From the IMG/VR virus record IMGVR_UViG_3300020048_003296, positions 1-64,000 of that record: a stretch of 64,000 nucleotides of DNA, one strand, 5' to 3'. Under the pieces are notes generated by a model. It was not told the origin of the DNA. It saw only the letters and a list, made by a program, of their open reading frames with translations, and did not search any database. Within the stretch, counting starts at the first letter, position 1. Each line of letters starts with the position of its first letter. The DNA comes from an uncultured virus (IMG/VR IMGVR_UViG_3300020048_003296). Its lineage: Duplodnaviria; Heunggongvirae; Uroviricota; Caudoviricetes. Of the stretch, positions 37,450-47,614 are shown piece after piece. The position numbers were made by a program, and so were the translations under genes.

Positions 37450-37518
37450 TGCCTTTTCGTGGATTCGAACCACAAGCCCCTGCCCACCTGTTTGGTGTTC
37501 TGATTGCCGGCAAAAGGC
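37450..37518 (-). ncRNA. tRNA-like element at the convergence of the two arms
   Basis: Acceptor GCCUUUU/AAAAGGC-A, canonical T-arm UGUGG-UUCGAAU-CCACG; no canonical D or anticodon arm. Confidence 0.55.
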
Positions 37519-37524
37519 TTGTTA

Positions 37525-37986
37525 TTATTTTATCAATTTAAAATAAATAATTATTCCTTCCGCTATTGCAATCCCGCCGCATATCCCAAAACCCCACGCT
37601 AATATTTTATTATTATTTTGTATCAGGCTTAATGAGTTCGATGCCGTCTGTAAGGATTTTTTCAATTCTATTATAAGCATCAAACTCTGCTGGTAGTCTT
37701 GCTCGTTCTCTTTCCAGATTTTCTCGCGCTCTTGCAAGGTTAATTCTTTCCTCGCCAAATCTAATTCTCTCTTCAGCAAATTGTTTTCTATCGTCTGATA
37801 AAATTTCTCCCTCTCGTTGAATTCGATCTCCCTCGCGTTTATTGAGAGTTTCCAAGTATTGAGCAGCATTCGTGCCTCGATCAAGTTCTGCTTTAACTTT
37901 TGCAATTCCGAGGCGTCCTGTGAAATAACAGGTTGCAAAACCAGCGCAAAAAAGAATAAAAGAAAATATAACCTTTTGTTTGGCAT
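37525..37986 (-). CDS. Spanin-like coiled-coil protein (signal peptide + C-terminal TM)
   Basis: Last gene of the lysis cassette; overlaps 37613-37990 in another frame. Confidence 0.5.
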   Translation of the reverse strand: MPNKRLYFLLFFFALVLQPVISQDASELQKLKQNLIEARMLLNTWKLSINAREIEFNEREKFYQTIENNLLKRELDLARKELTLQEREKIWKENEQDYQQSLMLIIELKKSLQTASNSLSLIQNNNKILAWGFGICGGIAIAEGIIIYFKLIK

Positions 37987-37990
37987 TCAT
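37613..37990 (-). CDS. Rz/i-spanin-like protein (N-terminal TM + coiled coil)
   Basis: AAGGG RBS; TM followed by a charged helix. Confidence 0.5.
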   Translation of the reverse strand: MNAKQKVIFSFILFCAGFATCYFTGRLGIAKVKAELDRGTNAAQYLETLNKREGDRIQREGEILSDDRKQFAEERIRFGEERINLARARENLERERARLPAEFDAYNRIEKILTDGIELIKPDTK

Positions 37991-37999
37991 TTTTTCCCT

Positions 38000-38590
38000 T
38001 TATAGTAAATCATTGTAACTTACAGTATGATATTTAACACGCGGTATTATTTTTTTATCGCCTAATAGTATTTCTGTTCCAACATGCTTGTATCCAAATA
38101 TAAAAGGCGGAAGTATCGTTACTGGATCACCATTAACTGCATATCGTGTTAAGCGTTCCCATCTTTTTCTTGGCGCAAACCAACCAACTGAACGCGGCGC
38201 ACCAAAAGAAGCGCCTATTATATTCATTTCAGGATAGAAAAATAAAATATCTTCAAATGCTAAAGTTGCCAATGCACCGCCCTGACTGAATCCTGTTATA
38301 ATTAAATTATTCAAATCTTTTATTGCTAATAAAATATCATCGCGCACGCTTTTATATTTATTTAAAAATCCACGATGGGCAAACCATTTTTGTTTCATCC
38401 CTTTATATGGTATTTTAAAAAAATCAATATTTTGCAACCAATCAAGTTTAGTAACCGTATATGGGAATACAAGAATATTTTGTTTGCCTTTTATTAGACA
38501 CCATTGCGTGTCTGTTTCAATATTTACATTGAATGGGATAGAACCAGTAGACACCGCACACGATAAATCGAATAATTCTTTTCTGGTCAT
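38000..38590 (-). CDS. Class 3 lipase-like alpha/beta hydrolase
   Basis: HRGF, GFSQGG nucleophile elbow, FGAPR, DPV..LP, YKHVG. Confidence 0.85.
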   Translation of the reverse strand: MTRKELFDLSCAVSTGSIPFNVNIETDTQWCLIKGKQNILVFPYTVTKLDWLQNIDFFKIPYKGMKQKWFAHRGFLNKYKSVRDDILLAIKDLNNLIITGFSQGGALATLAFEDILFFYPEMNIIGASFGAPRSVGWFAPRKRWERLTRYAVNGDPVTILPPFIFGYKHVGTEILLGDKKIIPRVKYHTVSYNDLL

Positions 38591-38895
38591 TTATTTTTCC
38601 CCTTATTTTTCCATACAAGTATTATGGTTTGATAAACCTGGTATAGCAATTCGCAAGCGGCAATATAAATGAATCCTTGAATAATAAATATTCTATAATC
38701 AAATGGAAATACTTTTAAAAACGCCGCGCCGAATCCAAAACTAATTAGAACCAATGTCCAAAGTTTCTTTTTCTTAAGTTTAATAAGTTTTTTTAGTATT
38801 TCTATCACAATAATAATTCCCAATACAAAAGGAATATCCACGGCTTTAAAAACCACTTGTATCAACCCATCCACGAATGATTCCACTGTTTCCAC
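38587..38895 (-). CDS. Holin-like membrane protein
   Basis: About 100 aa with 3 hydrophobic segments, next to the endolysin. Confidence 0.6.
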   Translation of the reverse strand: METVESFVDGLIQVVFKAVDIPFVLGIIIVIEILKKLIKLKKKKLWTLVLISFGFGAAFLKVFPFDYRIFIIQGFIYIAACELLYQVYQTIILVWKNKGKNK

Positions 38896-38900
38896 CTTTC

Positions 38901-38987
38901 AAATATCGCCTACAATCGATTCAAAACGCTATGGGCGTATAAAATCACGTTTTCCTGTAGAAAACCGCGTGTTGACCCAGGAAACCG
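38901..38987 (+). repeat. Dispersed 87-bp repeat, copy B
   Basis: Core CGTATAAAATCACG at 38936-38949. Confidence 0.8.
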
Positions 38988-39000
38988 GCATTGCGAGCGT

Positions 39001-39570
39001 TTAAACCAGCTTGAATATGTCATCAACCAGCGATTCCCAGGCTTCTGGGTTGTTTACGTAGTATTTCGGGCAGGATTTCCACCCAACCACATCATAATGG
39101 CGAACCACCTGTTCCTTTGTCAGTTTATAACGTAATACGATATCACGCGCTAAAAGATTCAATGATGCAATAGACTCAGGCGTGAATTTTCCTGTATTAT
39201 CAGGGTGGCATACCTCAATACCGATACTATTATAATTTGGTTTTGCCTCACCGCAAAGTAATCTTTTTTTATCTGTATATATTTTTTTACTTATTGGATC
39301 ATTTATATTTGAACCAGTATGGAAAGCAATTTCATTTTCTGGAATGCATTGTAGTACCTCGCCCTGCAACCCAATAATATAATGCGCCGATGCATACCGC
39401 GCGCCAACCGTATCTTTTTGGTCAGCAAGTGATTTAAAATAATCGAAACAGCCAACCGCTGATTGTTTAGGATTATTCACATAATGAATAACTAACATTT
39501 TAACAGCAGTCAGTTTTATCCCAAGGCGACTAAAAATGTTTATTGGTAAAAAGGATTCTTTTATTATCAT
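39001..39570 (-). CDS. Endolysin, N-acetylmuramoyl-L-alanine amidase (Amidase_2)
   Basis: VIHY, SAHY, AFHTG, SIGIE, RHYD..KSCP. Confidence 0.92.
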   Translation of the reverse strand: MIIKESFLPINIFSRLGIKLTAVKMLVIHYVNNPKQSAVGCFDYFKSLADQKDTVGARYASAHYIIGLQGEVLQCIPENEIAFHTGSNINDPISKKIYTDKKRLLCGEAKPNYNSIGIEVCHPDNTGKFTPESIASLNLLARDIVLRYKLTKEQVVRHYDVVGWKSCPKYYVNNPEAWESLVDDIFKLV

Positions 39571-39893
39571 TCTCGGCGCTCCATTAAAAGCGTATCAAGT
39601 TTTTTATCCATGCGCTCCATGAGATCACGCAAGCTCCCTTGCTCCGAATTAACTTTGACAATATCGCTATCATGGCAACCTATTCTTTCATCAATTTTCT
39701 CATGCTTCATCGCTGAATCGTTTTGCGCTTTTTCGATATAGTCTATCCTTTGATATAGTCTACCTTTCGCTATCGCCTCTTTGAATAAATAAATTACAAA
39801 ACTTGCTAATGTTCCGAGGGAAACTATTATTGCAAGTATACCGCCGATAATTCCTATTGTTGCCATGCTATCCCCTTTATAATTCAGCTCCAT
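39567..39893 (-). CDS. Single-TM coiled-coil protein (holin/antiholin-like)
   Basis: N-terminal TM + coiled coil, upstream of the endolysin. Confidence 0.55.
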   Translation of the reverse strand: MELNYKGDSMATIGIIGGILAIIVSLGTLASFVIYLFKEAIAKGRLYQRIDYIEKAQNDSAMKHEKIDERIGCHDSDIVKVNSEQGSLRDLMERMDKKLDTLLMERRE

Positions 39894-41316
39894 ATTTTTT
39901 GATACCGAAAACTATAGTACCTTTATCAAGTTCAAAATCCTTTGACAATATTTCACACTTGCGCCAGCCCATCCAATCGGTAGCACTTCTGTTTAACTGT
40001 ATATCAACAAAATCACCTATGTCTAAAGTCCAATATTTTATAGGTACTTCTATTTTTGTTTGAGCGCGCACCACAGAAGCATATTCAAGAATACGGCCTG
40101 AAAAATCTTGGGCTTGCGTTAAATCGGGCAAACTGGTATCGAAAGTCTTTTGCGAGTATGTTTTATAACTTGAGAATACGCTAGCCTCTTGGCTTGTATC
40201 AACTAAGTATGTATACGCAGAACCTGTTGTAGTCCAGTCTTTTGAATAACCTATTTTAGTTGATGATATAATTTGCGAGGGGTCATATGATAAACTGAAA
40301 TCATTTATAATATCATCGTTTGGTATTACCAATGTTCCGCTTAAATCCGAAGGTGAAGTTATCTTGAAAGAATATCTACCGTCAACCTCAACTATAAACA
40401 GTCCAAAAATTGACGCGCATATATCCTCGATTATCTTTATAACTTCGGTTTCTTTTGTGTAGTTTAAAGTAACGGTATACGCTAGAGCCTTTGCGATTTC
40501 CCATTGTGTTATGTCATAGTAAACGGTATTATAAGCCACTGCGTAATTATCAAGTAATAATTCTTCGATAGCCGTAAGTGCGTTTTTATTTGTGCATGAA
40601 TACGTTACTACTTTAGATAATTGTTTGCGTTTATCTTTAAAAGATAGTTGTAATTGTGTAGGTGATATTTCTACTTTTTCAGCGTATCCAATAAATACGG
40701 TAGCGTATTCCGATATCGGTAAATCACGATATCCAAACTTTACCCTAGTTGCATTTCCATAAACATTGTTATCCTCGCCAAACTGGTCGAAAAATCCATC
40801 AGCGTTATTCAGCGAAACTGAACCACCCTCAAACTGTATCTTCCCCCAGTACATCGGATCACGCGATTTATTTATTTGCGGAATGGAAAGTAACCGACCT
40901 TCATAATGCAAATCTATTCCAGCCGGATTAAAAGAATCAAAAGAATACCCAAACACAACGCCGATATTTATTACTTGACTTAATATAGGATCAACACTAT
41001 CAAGTAAATGTATATATAATTCTTTGTTTGCTACATCATAGAAAAATGTAGCTTCATTTTCTGAACACTGTAAAAGTGTACTTGCCTTTGTAAGTGGGAT
41101 ACCCAAGACTTGAACGCTACCTACATTTACCACGGTTTGCACAACGAACCACGCAGGGATTAATTCCGTTTCAACCTCTGGATATAGGTTATCAAAATTG
41201 ACATACCAAACGCCAGCCCCTGCGTTAATCCATTGAGTATTTATTTGTGTTTGGTCAATTTCAAAAAGTATACGCCTATCCGAAACTGATCTTTCGTTAT
41301 ATTGGGTTAATGTCAT
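39877..41316 (-). CDS. Tail tip / baseplate hub protein
   Basis: Position in tail module; beta-rich; LNNADGFFD-type motif. Confidence 0.6.
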   Translation of the reverse strand: MTLTQYNERSVSDRRILFEIDQTQINTQWINAGAGVWYVNFDNLYPEVETELIPAWFVVQTVVNVGSVQVLGIPLTKASTLLQCSENEATFFYDVANKELYIHLLDSVDPILSQVINIGVVFGYSFDSFNPAGIDLHYEGRLLSIPQINKSRDPMYWGKIQFEGGSVSLNNADGFFDQFGEDNNVYGNATRVKFGYRDLPISEYATVFIGYAEKVEISPTQLQLSFKDKRKQLSKVVTYSCTNKNALTAIEELLLDNYAVAYNTVYYDITQWEIAKALAYTVTLNYTKETEVIKIIEDICASIFGLFIVEVDGRYSFKITSPSDLSGTLVIPNDDIINDFSLSYDPSQIISSTKIGYSKDWTTTGSAYTYLVDTSQEASVFSSYKTYSQKTFDTSLPDLTQAQDFSGRILEYASVVRAQTKIEVPIKYWTLDIGDFVDIQLNRSATDWMGWRKCEILSKDFELDKGTIVFGIKKYGAEL

Positions 41317-42285
41317 TTAATACTCAATTATAATGCAACCAGAACCGCCATCTCCAGCATTGCCTAATACCGAAGTAGCACCAGTTCCACCAGCTCCTAC
41401 GGCGTATGAATATGTTTGCCCCGGAATAACAGCTAAAACAGTGGCAATTATAGCGCTTATATTTGTACCTTCTCCTCCATATCCACCCGGATAAGTCGCA
41501 TTGCCAACTCCTCCAACTCCTCCACCTCCGTATCCAGCAGTTGTATCATAACTATTTGCTCCGTTACCACCACCATTGCCACCAGAATGATATATACTAC
41601 CGGGTGGAAGCCCTATTTGTCCGGGGCTTCCAGCAATACCAACAGAACCTGCCCCGCCGTCAGCTCCACGCAGTCCCCCTATTCCAGTTACTGTATAAAA
41701 TGTGGTATTGCTTCCGCTTGTCCCATTTGTAGTTGCCGAAAAACTTCCACCACCACCGCCGCCACCAACGCAAGTAACTCGTATTTTATATACATCGGAT
41801 GGTACAGTCCATAATCCTGATCCGGTAGTAATTAAAACAACTTCACCCTGCCAGTTATGTTTTACTGGTAAAATATCTTGTTCATTATTTAGTATCCGCT
41901 TACCTAAATAACTTGTAGCACCATTTTTATATGCAGTTGCTACAACACGCACAACGCTAGCCGCGCTTGCATACCAGCCTTGTTTTGAGGTAGACCATGT
42001 TGGAGCCGTGTTAGTCCATGCCGCCGAAAGTATTTGACTGCCTGCCGTGCCACTTGCTGTCAAGGTTAAGTATGCTGTCGTGTTTGAGGTTATAGCCGTC
42101 CAGCTTGAGGCATTAGGCGTAATGTCAACGGTAGCTTTAAAGTATGCGCCTGCTATTTCAATAGCGCTACCAGTGGCTATTAGGCTTGCGCTAGACAAAG
42201 TAAAATCGGTTAGGCTTATACCTTGATATCCAATGAGTCCGCTGGAGATTATAGAAACACTAGTACTAATTTGATCAAATGCCAT
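41317..42285 (-). CDS. Tail fibre-like protein with glycine-rich C-terminal domain
   Basis: WTVP..VTCVGGGGGGG...GGSGCIIIEY. Confidence 0.7.
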   Translation of the reverse strand: MAFDQISTSVSIISSGLIGYQGISLTDFTLSSASLIATGSAIEIAGAYFKATVDITPNASSWTAITSNTTAYLTLTASGTAGSQILSAAWTNTAPTWSTSKQGWYASAASVVRVVATAYKNGATSYLGKRILNNEQDILPVKHNWQGEVVLITTGSGLWTVPSDVYKIRVTCVGGGGGGGSFSATTNGTSGSNTTFYTVTGIGGLRGADGGAGSVGIAGSPGQIGLPPGSIYHSGGNGGGNGANSYDTTAGYGGGGVGGVGNATYPGGYGGEGTNISAIIATVLAVIPGQTYSYAVGAGGTGATSVLGNAGDGGSGCIIIEY

Positions 42286-42286
42286 G

Positions 42287-44095
42287 TTATTTATCCTCGC
42301 TTAACTTTAGTGAATATGTATAATTCTGTTGGCCGACATGATTAAAATCTATTTCACCGTCAAGACTACAATAGCACGGTTCTACAATCTGATAATCTCG
42401 CAAGCTGTCAAAGTTGCAGAATATAAAGCTTGAATGATTACCAACTTGGTCGTACATTGTTTCAAGGTTATACATCATGTTAGTGTCTGATTTGGGAAAC
42501 GATAGATTAAACTCGCGCCATCCGATACCGGGACTTGCATATTTTTGGCGATTACGGCCATACAAAACCGTATCACTTCTTTTTTTGTTGACGGTAAAGT
42601 TGTCAAGTGAGGATGGATTTATTTGCAAATATTTTCCAAGCCACATGCGCCCGATTTGTATATCGCCCATGCCGCTAAAAGTAAACTTCCAGTATTTATA
42701 CGTGTACGTTGACGCAAGGAACTTGAGTATCATTTTGTCGGGCGTGACATAGCTGAAAGTTTCTGATACTGCGGGATAACTCCACTCGTTATTATTGCCT
42801 GCTTGTATCTTTACAGTACAACCAGCTTTTATATTATGGCCGAGGATAGCGGCAGTATTTACTTGTAAATTTTTGTCTAGTGTCCAGTCGGCTACAAGTC
42901 CCATTGATTCTGTGGCGAATGGGACTAGATTATATAAATTTAATACCTCACCTGCGGATAATGCGCGATTGTAGATGCGGGGTTCGTCAATGGTGCCAGC
43001 CGCCAAGCTTATGACACTTGTAAATGCTCCAAGCCAAAAAACAACTGCGTTTAATCCTAGCGTCTGATCTGATGAACCTTCTAAAACACCATTAACGTAT
43101 AACTTTAATGTAGTTCCATCATGAGTAACGGAAATATGATATTGAGTTCCTGCTATAGGAGTCGTCGTACCAAGCAACGTTGCGCCTGCTGTTGTTTTAT
43201 CTGCAAGAAATGATGATACTACAAACTTATTCCCAGAACTAATCCCAACCCATGGTTTTGAATTGACTTTAGAAACATGCATTCTCAAGCTTGAATCTAC
43301 TATAGACGGCTTGACGAAATATGATATTGAAAAAGCGGGAGCGTTTTCTAGCGTTAGTGCTGTTTCAACTCTATCATTAACCCCATCAAACGCCAGCGCC
43401 TTGCCAGAAATACCTGCTACCGGAGTAGCGCCATAAACAGTACCATGATTCCCATTACCGGAATTGTCGATGAGGCTATTCGGGAGGTATGCGCCGGTGC
43501 CGATGTAGATGAAGTCGATTTCGTAGATTGCATCAGCGCTATCACCAAAATCTAGCCGAACTCGATCTGCGGTTACAAGTGCGGGTATTATGACTTCGTA
43601 GATTTTCCATTCTCCGAAAGGGTCTGTTGAAAACCCCGGTAACGTAAGTATGCGTGTATCACCAACTGCGGAATCGTATAGATATATGTGCCCGGGAAAT
43701 ATCGTCCCTGAGACTTTCTTAGCCTTTATGCGAATTGTCCTTCCAGTAAGGCTTGCGAGTGTAAACACTTTTATGACTTGGCAGTCTATATCCGTTGCTG
43801 TGACACGCAATGCGCCGGGACTCGTAACTACATCAAGAGTACACCGATTCGGGACCCACCCGTCCACCGTCACCCACGCATCCTGTAAATACGTCACGCC
43901 AGCCGGGTCGTCTGGAATGTCTGGGAAGGTCGGTAGCGTAAATGTAACACTTTGACTAGTAGCCGAGTCGGTATGGTATCGCGTAGTCAATCGCTGATCC
44001 TGAACGTTGCTTATAGGATACGTTGCTATTTCAGTTAGCGCGGTAACGCTTGTTGCCGTTAGCACGTCTATTAGGTTATTATAAATTATCCTCAT
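42287..44095 (-). CDS. Distal-tail-like protein with inserted LamG/ConA-like domain
   Basis: Follows tape measure; DNSGNGNHG, FDGVND, LYVNG, IDEPRIYNRALS. Confidence 0.7.
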   Translation of the reverse strand: MRIIYNNLIDVLTATSVTALTEIATYPISNVQDQRLTTRYHTDSATSQSVTFTLPTFPDIPDDPAGVTYLQDAWVTVDGWVPNRCTLDVVTSPGALRVTATDIDCQVIKVFTLASLTGRTIRIKAKKVSGTIFPGHIYLYDSAVGDTRILTLPGFSTDPFGEWKIYEVIIPALVTADRVRLDFGDSADAIYEIDFIYIGTGAYLPNSLIDNSGNGNHGTVYGATPVAGISGKALAFDGVNDRVETALTLENAPAFSISYFVKPSIVDSSLRMHVSKVNSKPWVGISSGNKFVVSSFLADKTTAGATLLGTTTPIAGTQYHISVTHDGTTLKLYVNGVLEGSSDQTLGLNAVVFWLGAFTSVISLAAGTIDEPRIYNRALSAGEVLNLYNLVPFATESMGLVADWTLDKNLQVNTAAILGHNIKAGCTVKIQAGNNNEWSYPAVSETFSYVTPDKMILKFLASTYTYKYWKFTFSGMGDIQIGRMWLGKYLQINPSSLDNFTVNKKRSDTVLYGRNRQKYASPGIGWREFNLSFPKSDTNMMYNLETMYDQVGNHSSFIFCNFDSLRDYQIVEPCYCSLDGEIDFNHVGQQNYTYSLKLSEDK

Positions 44096-46959
44096 GCTAC
44101 CACCGCCCCTGAACTAATTAGCACCGTTTTATTTCGCGTGGCTTCAAAAATTGTATCTAATAGTGGGCGTGAATCTAAATTAACAACTAAATGCATAGTT
44201 TCATTGGTTGAAGTGGAACCAGTATTAGTATTTCCAAGGAACTTATTCAAATCATCCAATGGGAATACCACTTCAGGCACACCGGCTTCCGCGAGCAAAC
44301 CCAATGTGCCTCCTGCGCGAGGCATTACAATTCCGCCATCGGCAAATGCAGGGGGTGGAGGCGCTTTTTGCATTGCGATTGTAGCAATTTGAGCCGTACC
44401 AAGCACGGCATTTAATATCGCAAGTGCACCTGTGGGATCAACTGATAAGGATTTTATTGTGGCAACGGCCATATTGATCCATGCATTAGCAAGAGAAAAT
44501 GCTTTTGAACTATTGAAGGCCGCGAGTTCCAGCGTATATGCTTCCATGCGCAATCTTTTTTCCATCAATAATTTTTCATCAGCTTGCTTTTTGTCTAGCG
44601 CAGCTTTATCATCTGCTTGCTTTTTTTCAAATGCAATTTTGTCTTCCGCTCTTTTCTTTTCAGCAAGTAAAGATTCATCAAGTATTTTTTGCTTTTTGGC
44701 ATCGTAATCCAATTGTATAGCGAGCGTATCACGTTGCTTTTGCAATTCAATCGCCAATGTGGTATCGCCAGCTTTTTTTGCGGCGGCAATTTCTAAATCT
44801 AATTGTTCTATTGTTGCCGCTTTAGTAAGGCCCAATGAGTATAATAAAGCTTGTTCTTCCTTATCAAGGTCATTCTGCATTCTTTTTAATTTCGCGGCAT
44901 CGGCATCGGCTTCTATTTTTTGTTGTTTATTGAATATATCGGTTTCGGTTTTAACACGTGCCGTATAAGCGGTTAACAAAATATTCTGCGTTTTTTGCTG
45001 TTCTGTTATTATTTTATTATTCATAGCTTGCTGTTTTGTCATGGTAGTATTGAATACCGCAGAAATTATATTTTCTATTGCTGACAAACCTTGTGTAGTC
45101 CAATCAACTATATCATCAAATAATTTCTTTTCTTTATCGAGTTTATCCTGTCTGCCTTTTTCTTGCAAATCCGCAAACCATTTATCCAAATCTTCTAACT
45201 CATCTTTATTTTCTTTCGCATATTCCAGTTCTTTATCATACTTTTCTTTTGCTGCTTCTAAGGCCGCCGCTTCTTTTTCTTGTTTTTCTTTTAGCGCGGC
45301 ATCATCGATTGCCTTTATTTTTCCTTGTAATATTTTTATAGCGTCTAATCTGTCTTGATTAGCTTTTCCTGTTAATCCTGTTAATGACGTCAATCCAGCT
45401 ATTTGATCGGATAAAACTTGTTTTTCTGTTTTTGCGCTTTCAATAATTCCAGAAATGGATTCAAGTGCCGCCAGGCGTTTTTGTGCCGCTTTTTCTTTTT
45501 CTAATCTAGCGATTTCAGCAAGGCGTATCAATTCAGCTTCTTGCCGTGCTTTTTCCCTTTCTGCTGGGGCCATACGCAGTAATCGTTGTTCCGTTATAGC
45601 AGATTCGGCCAATGCTTGTGCCTGTACTGCGGTCAATCCTTTTTCATAATCCGCAACTTGTGCCCGTAATGTTATCAGCCCCTCTTTTTGTTTTGAAGTT
45701 ACTTTATCACTTTCTAATGCGATTTTAAAATACTGATCGACAGTTAATCCTAATTCTTTTGCCCATTCAGATGTAGCTTTTGCAGTCCATTGAGTTACGT
45801 CTACGCCTTTACCAAGATTTTTTATCCATGCATCGCTTCCTATGCGATTTTTAAAACCGGCTTCTAATTTTTGAATTGTTTCCGCCGCTACCCCAACGGC
45901 TTCTGCCAAATATTTAAATCTGTCTGCAGTGTCAGTTAAATCTTTTCTTCTTTGCGTAGAAACTAAAACCGCAATAGCGCCAATCAATAATCCAACTGCC
46001 GCCACCGCTGCCATTATTGGGCCACCTTGTACTGATAATAAAGTCATAACAACTTTTAATGCTTCAATCGCTTTTATCATTCCAAAAATGCCTAAAATAA
46101 CTGGACCTATAGATGCTGCCAATGCCGCTAAAGTTAATATAACAGCTTTTGCTTCTGGAGTGAGCACGGAAAACTTTTGCGCCAACGCACTTAGATTTTT
46201 AACAGTATCTTTTATAAACGGTAATAAATCCTCAATAAACGATCTGCCTAATGTTGCAACGTCATCTTTTAATGTAGATATTAAACCATCTAATGTTTTA
46301 CTTGCGGTGTCCATACCATTAAAAAATTTGCCGCCCGCGCTTGTGGCTGCTTTAAAAGATTCCGCAACCATTTCCGCGCTTATACCGCCTTTGGACATTT
46401 TATCTTTTAATGATGCCATGCTCTCGCCGGTACGATCCGATATTTCTTTTAATGGATTAAAACCCGCGTTAATTAATTGTAATAAATCCTGCCCCATGAG
46501 TTTTCCCATAGAACTAATTTGCCCAAATACCAATGCCATTGAACTAAACTTTGCGCTATTACCACCTGATGCATCACCAAGCATTTTTAATGTTGGTATT
46601 AATTTATCGGCGCTAACACCAAACTGTAATAAAGTTTTACTTGCCTGCGCGAGATCGGTTGTTTCAAAAGGCGTGACTGCCGCCATCTTTTTTAAATCAC
46701 TCATCAATTCAGTTGCTTTGCTTGCACTACCTAACATCGTTTCAAATGACGCTTGGAGCATTTCCATAGATGCAGTTGATTTTACTGCTGCGGTAAACAT
46801 TGCGACTAACGGCGCGGTAACACTTAATGATAGCGCGGCGCCCATTCCAAGTGCGGCGCCTTTAAACGCTTCCATTTTTTGTTTTGAGGAGTCAATAGAT
46901 TTATCTAATCCGCTATTGTCGCCAACGATGCGAACAACTAGTTGCCCTAAATCACTCAT
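44092..46959 (-). CDS. Tape measure protein
   Basis: LGQLVVRIVGD start, TPFE/QL..AG tape-measure domain, long Ala/Lys helices. Confidence 0.9.
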   Translation of the reverse strand: MSDLGQLVVRIVGDNSGLDKSIDSSKQKMEAFKGAALGMGAALSLSVTAPLVAMFTAAVKSTASMEMLQASFETMLGSASKATELMSDLKKMAAVTPFETTDLAQASKTLLQFGVSADKLIPTLKMLGDASGGNSAKFSSMALVFGQISSMGKLMGQDLLQLINAGFNPLKEISDRTGESMASLKDKMSKGGISAEMVAESFKAATSAGGKFFNGMDTASKTLDGLISTLKDDVATLGRSFIEDLLPFIKDTVKNLSALAQKFSVLTPEAKAVILTLAALAASIGPVILGIFGMIKAIEALKVVMTLLSVQGGPIMAAVAAVGLLIGAIAVLVSTQRRKDLTDTADRFKYLAEAVGVAAETIQKLEAGFKNRIGSDAWIKNLGKGVDVTQWTAKATSEWAKELGLTVDQYFKIALESDKVTSKQKEGLITLRAQVADYEKGLTAVQAQALAESAITEQRLLRMAPAEREKARQEAELIRLAEIARLEKEKAAQKRLAALESISGIIESAKTEKQVLSDQIAGLTSLTGLTGKANQDRLDAIKILQGKIKAIDDAALKEKQEKEAAALEAAKEKYDKELEYAKENKDELEDLDKWFADLQEKGRQDKLDKEKKLFDDIVDWTTQGLSAIENIISAVFNTTMTKQQAMNNKIITEQQKTQNILLTAYTARVKTETDIFNKQQKIEADADAAKLKRMQNDLDKEEQALLYSLGLTKAATIEQLDLEIAAAKKAGDTTLAIELQKQRDTLAIQLDYDAKKQKILDESLLAEKKRAEDKIAFEKKQADDKAALDKKQADEKLLMEKRLRMEAYTLELAAFNSSKAFSLANAWINMAVATIKSLSVDPTGALAILNAVLGTAQIATIAMQKAPPPPAFADGGIVMPRAGGTLGLLAEAGVPEVVFPLDDLNKFLGNTNTGSTSTNETMHLVVNLDSRPLLDTIFEATRNKTVLISSGAVVA

Positions 46960-47614
46960 TCTATTGCTCCGTATTGCGCCTTCAATTCGTCATGCGTTTT
47001 CTGCGTGACTTCCTGTTCCTTCATTTCATCGCGTATCTTTTTTAAATCATCCACATTCGCCATGACTCTATCGTCTTTTTCAGTTGACGGATATTTTATT
47101 TCCATCCCCTTATTAAAATATAACAAAATCTGACCTATCGTCATTTCCCAAAACAAATATTCTTTTGTTGCCCATGCGTACATCATACCCATACCCGCGA
47201 ATAACCGACCAAGCTCTATGACTTCTTCCGCTTGGCCGTCCTCACGTTTTTTGTTTTTGCTTCACCCGTATTGTATGCTTGTGATAAAGCACCCTGTATC
47301 GCTTGCGTAAATGCCGTGACTTGCGCGCCATTACAATTTTCTTTAAACCATTCCGCATCCATCTCAGAATATTTACGGGCGCAAAAACAACCGCATATTT
47401 CAACGGCTATTTTATACGCATCTTCCGCTTCTTTTCCGCCCTCAGATAATATTGCTATTTTTTCTTCACTAGATGATAATGAATAAAGTTTTTTCATTAA
47501 TGCATCTATCTCAAAAGTAATGCCACTGGGAAGAAATGATACATCAATATCATTCCCTCCCAATCGGACGATTTTTGCCTCAGGCTTTAAAATGTCAAGA
47601 TCAATTACTTTCAT
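46956..47614 (-). CDS. Tail assembly chaperones G (47216-47614) and GT via -1 frameshift
   Basis: Slippery A-AAA-AAC at 47252-47246; the -1 frame is open into the MGMMYAW ORF. Confidence 0.8.

Noticed and set aside
41317..44095. Diversity-generating retroelement target in tail genes
   Set aside because: No reverse transcriptase and no template/variable repeat pair seen in the window
45929..47008. 359-aa plus-strand ORF and other long antisense ORFs
   Set aside because: Shadows of real genes on the opposite strand, with no RBS or recognisable motifs
47246..47252. Programmed -1 frameshift in the tail chaperone
   Set aside because: Well supported but standard for long-tailed phages; listed as a feature only
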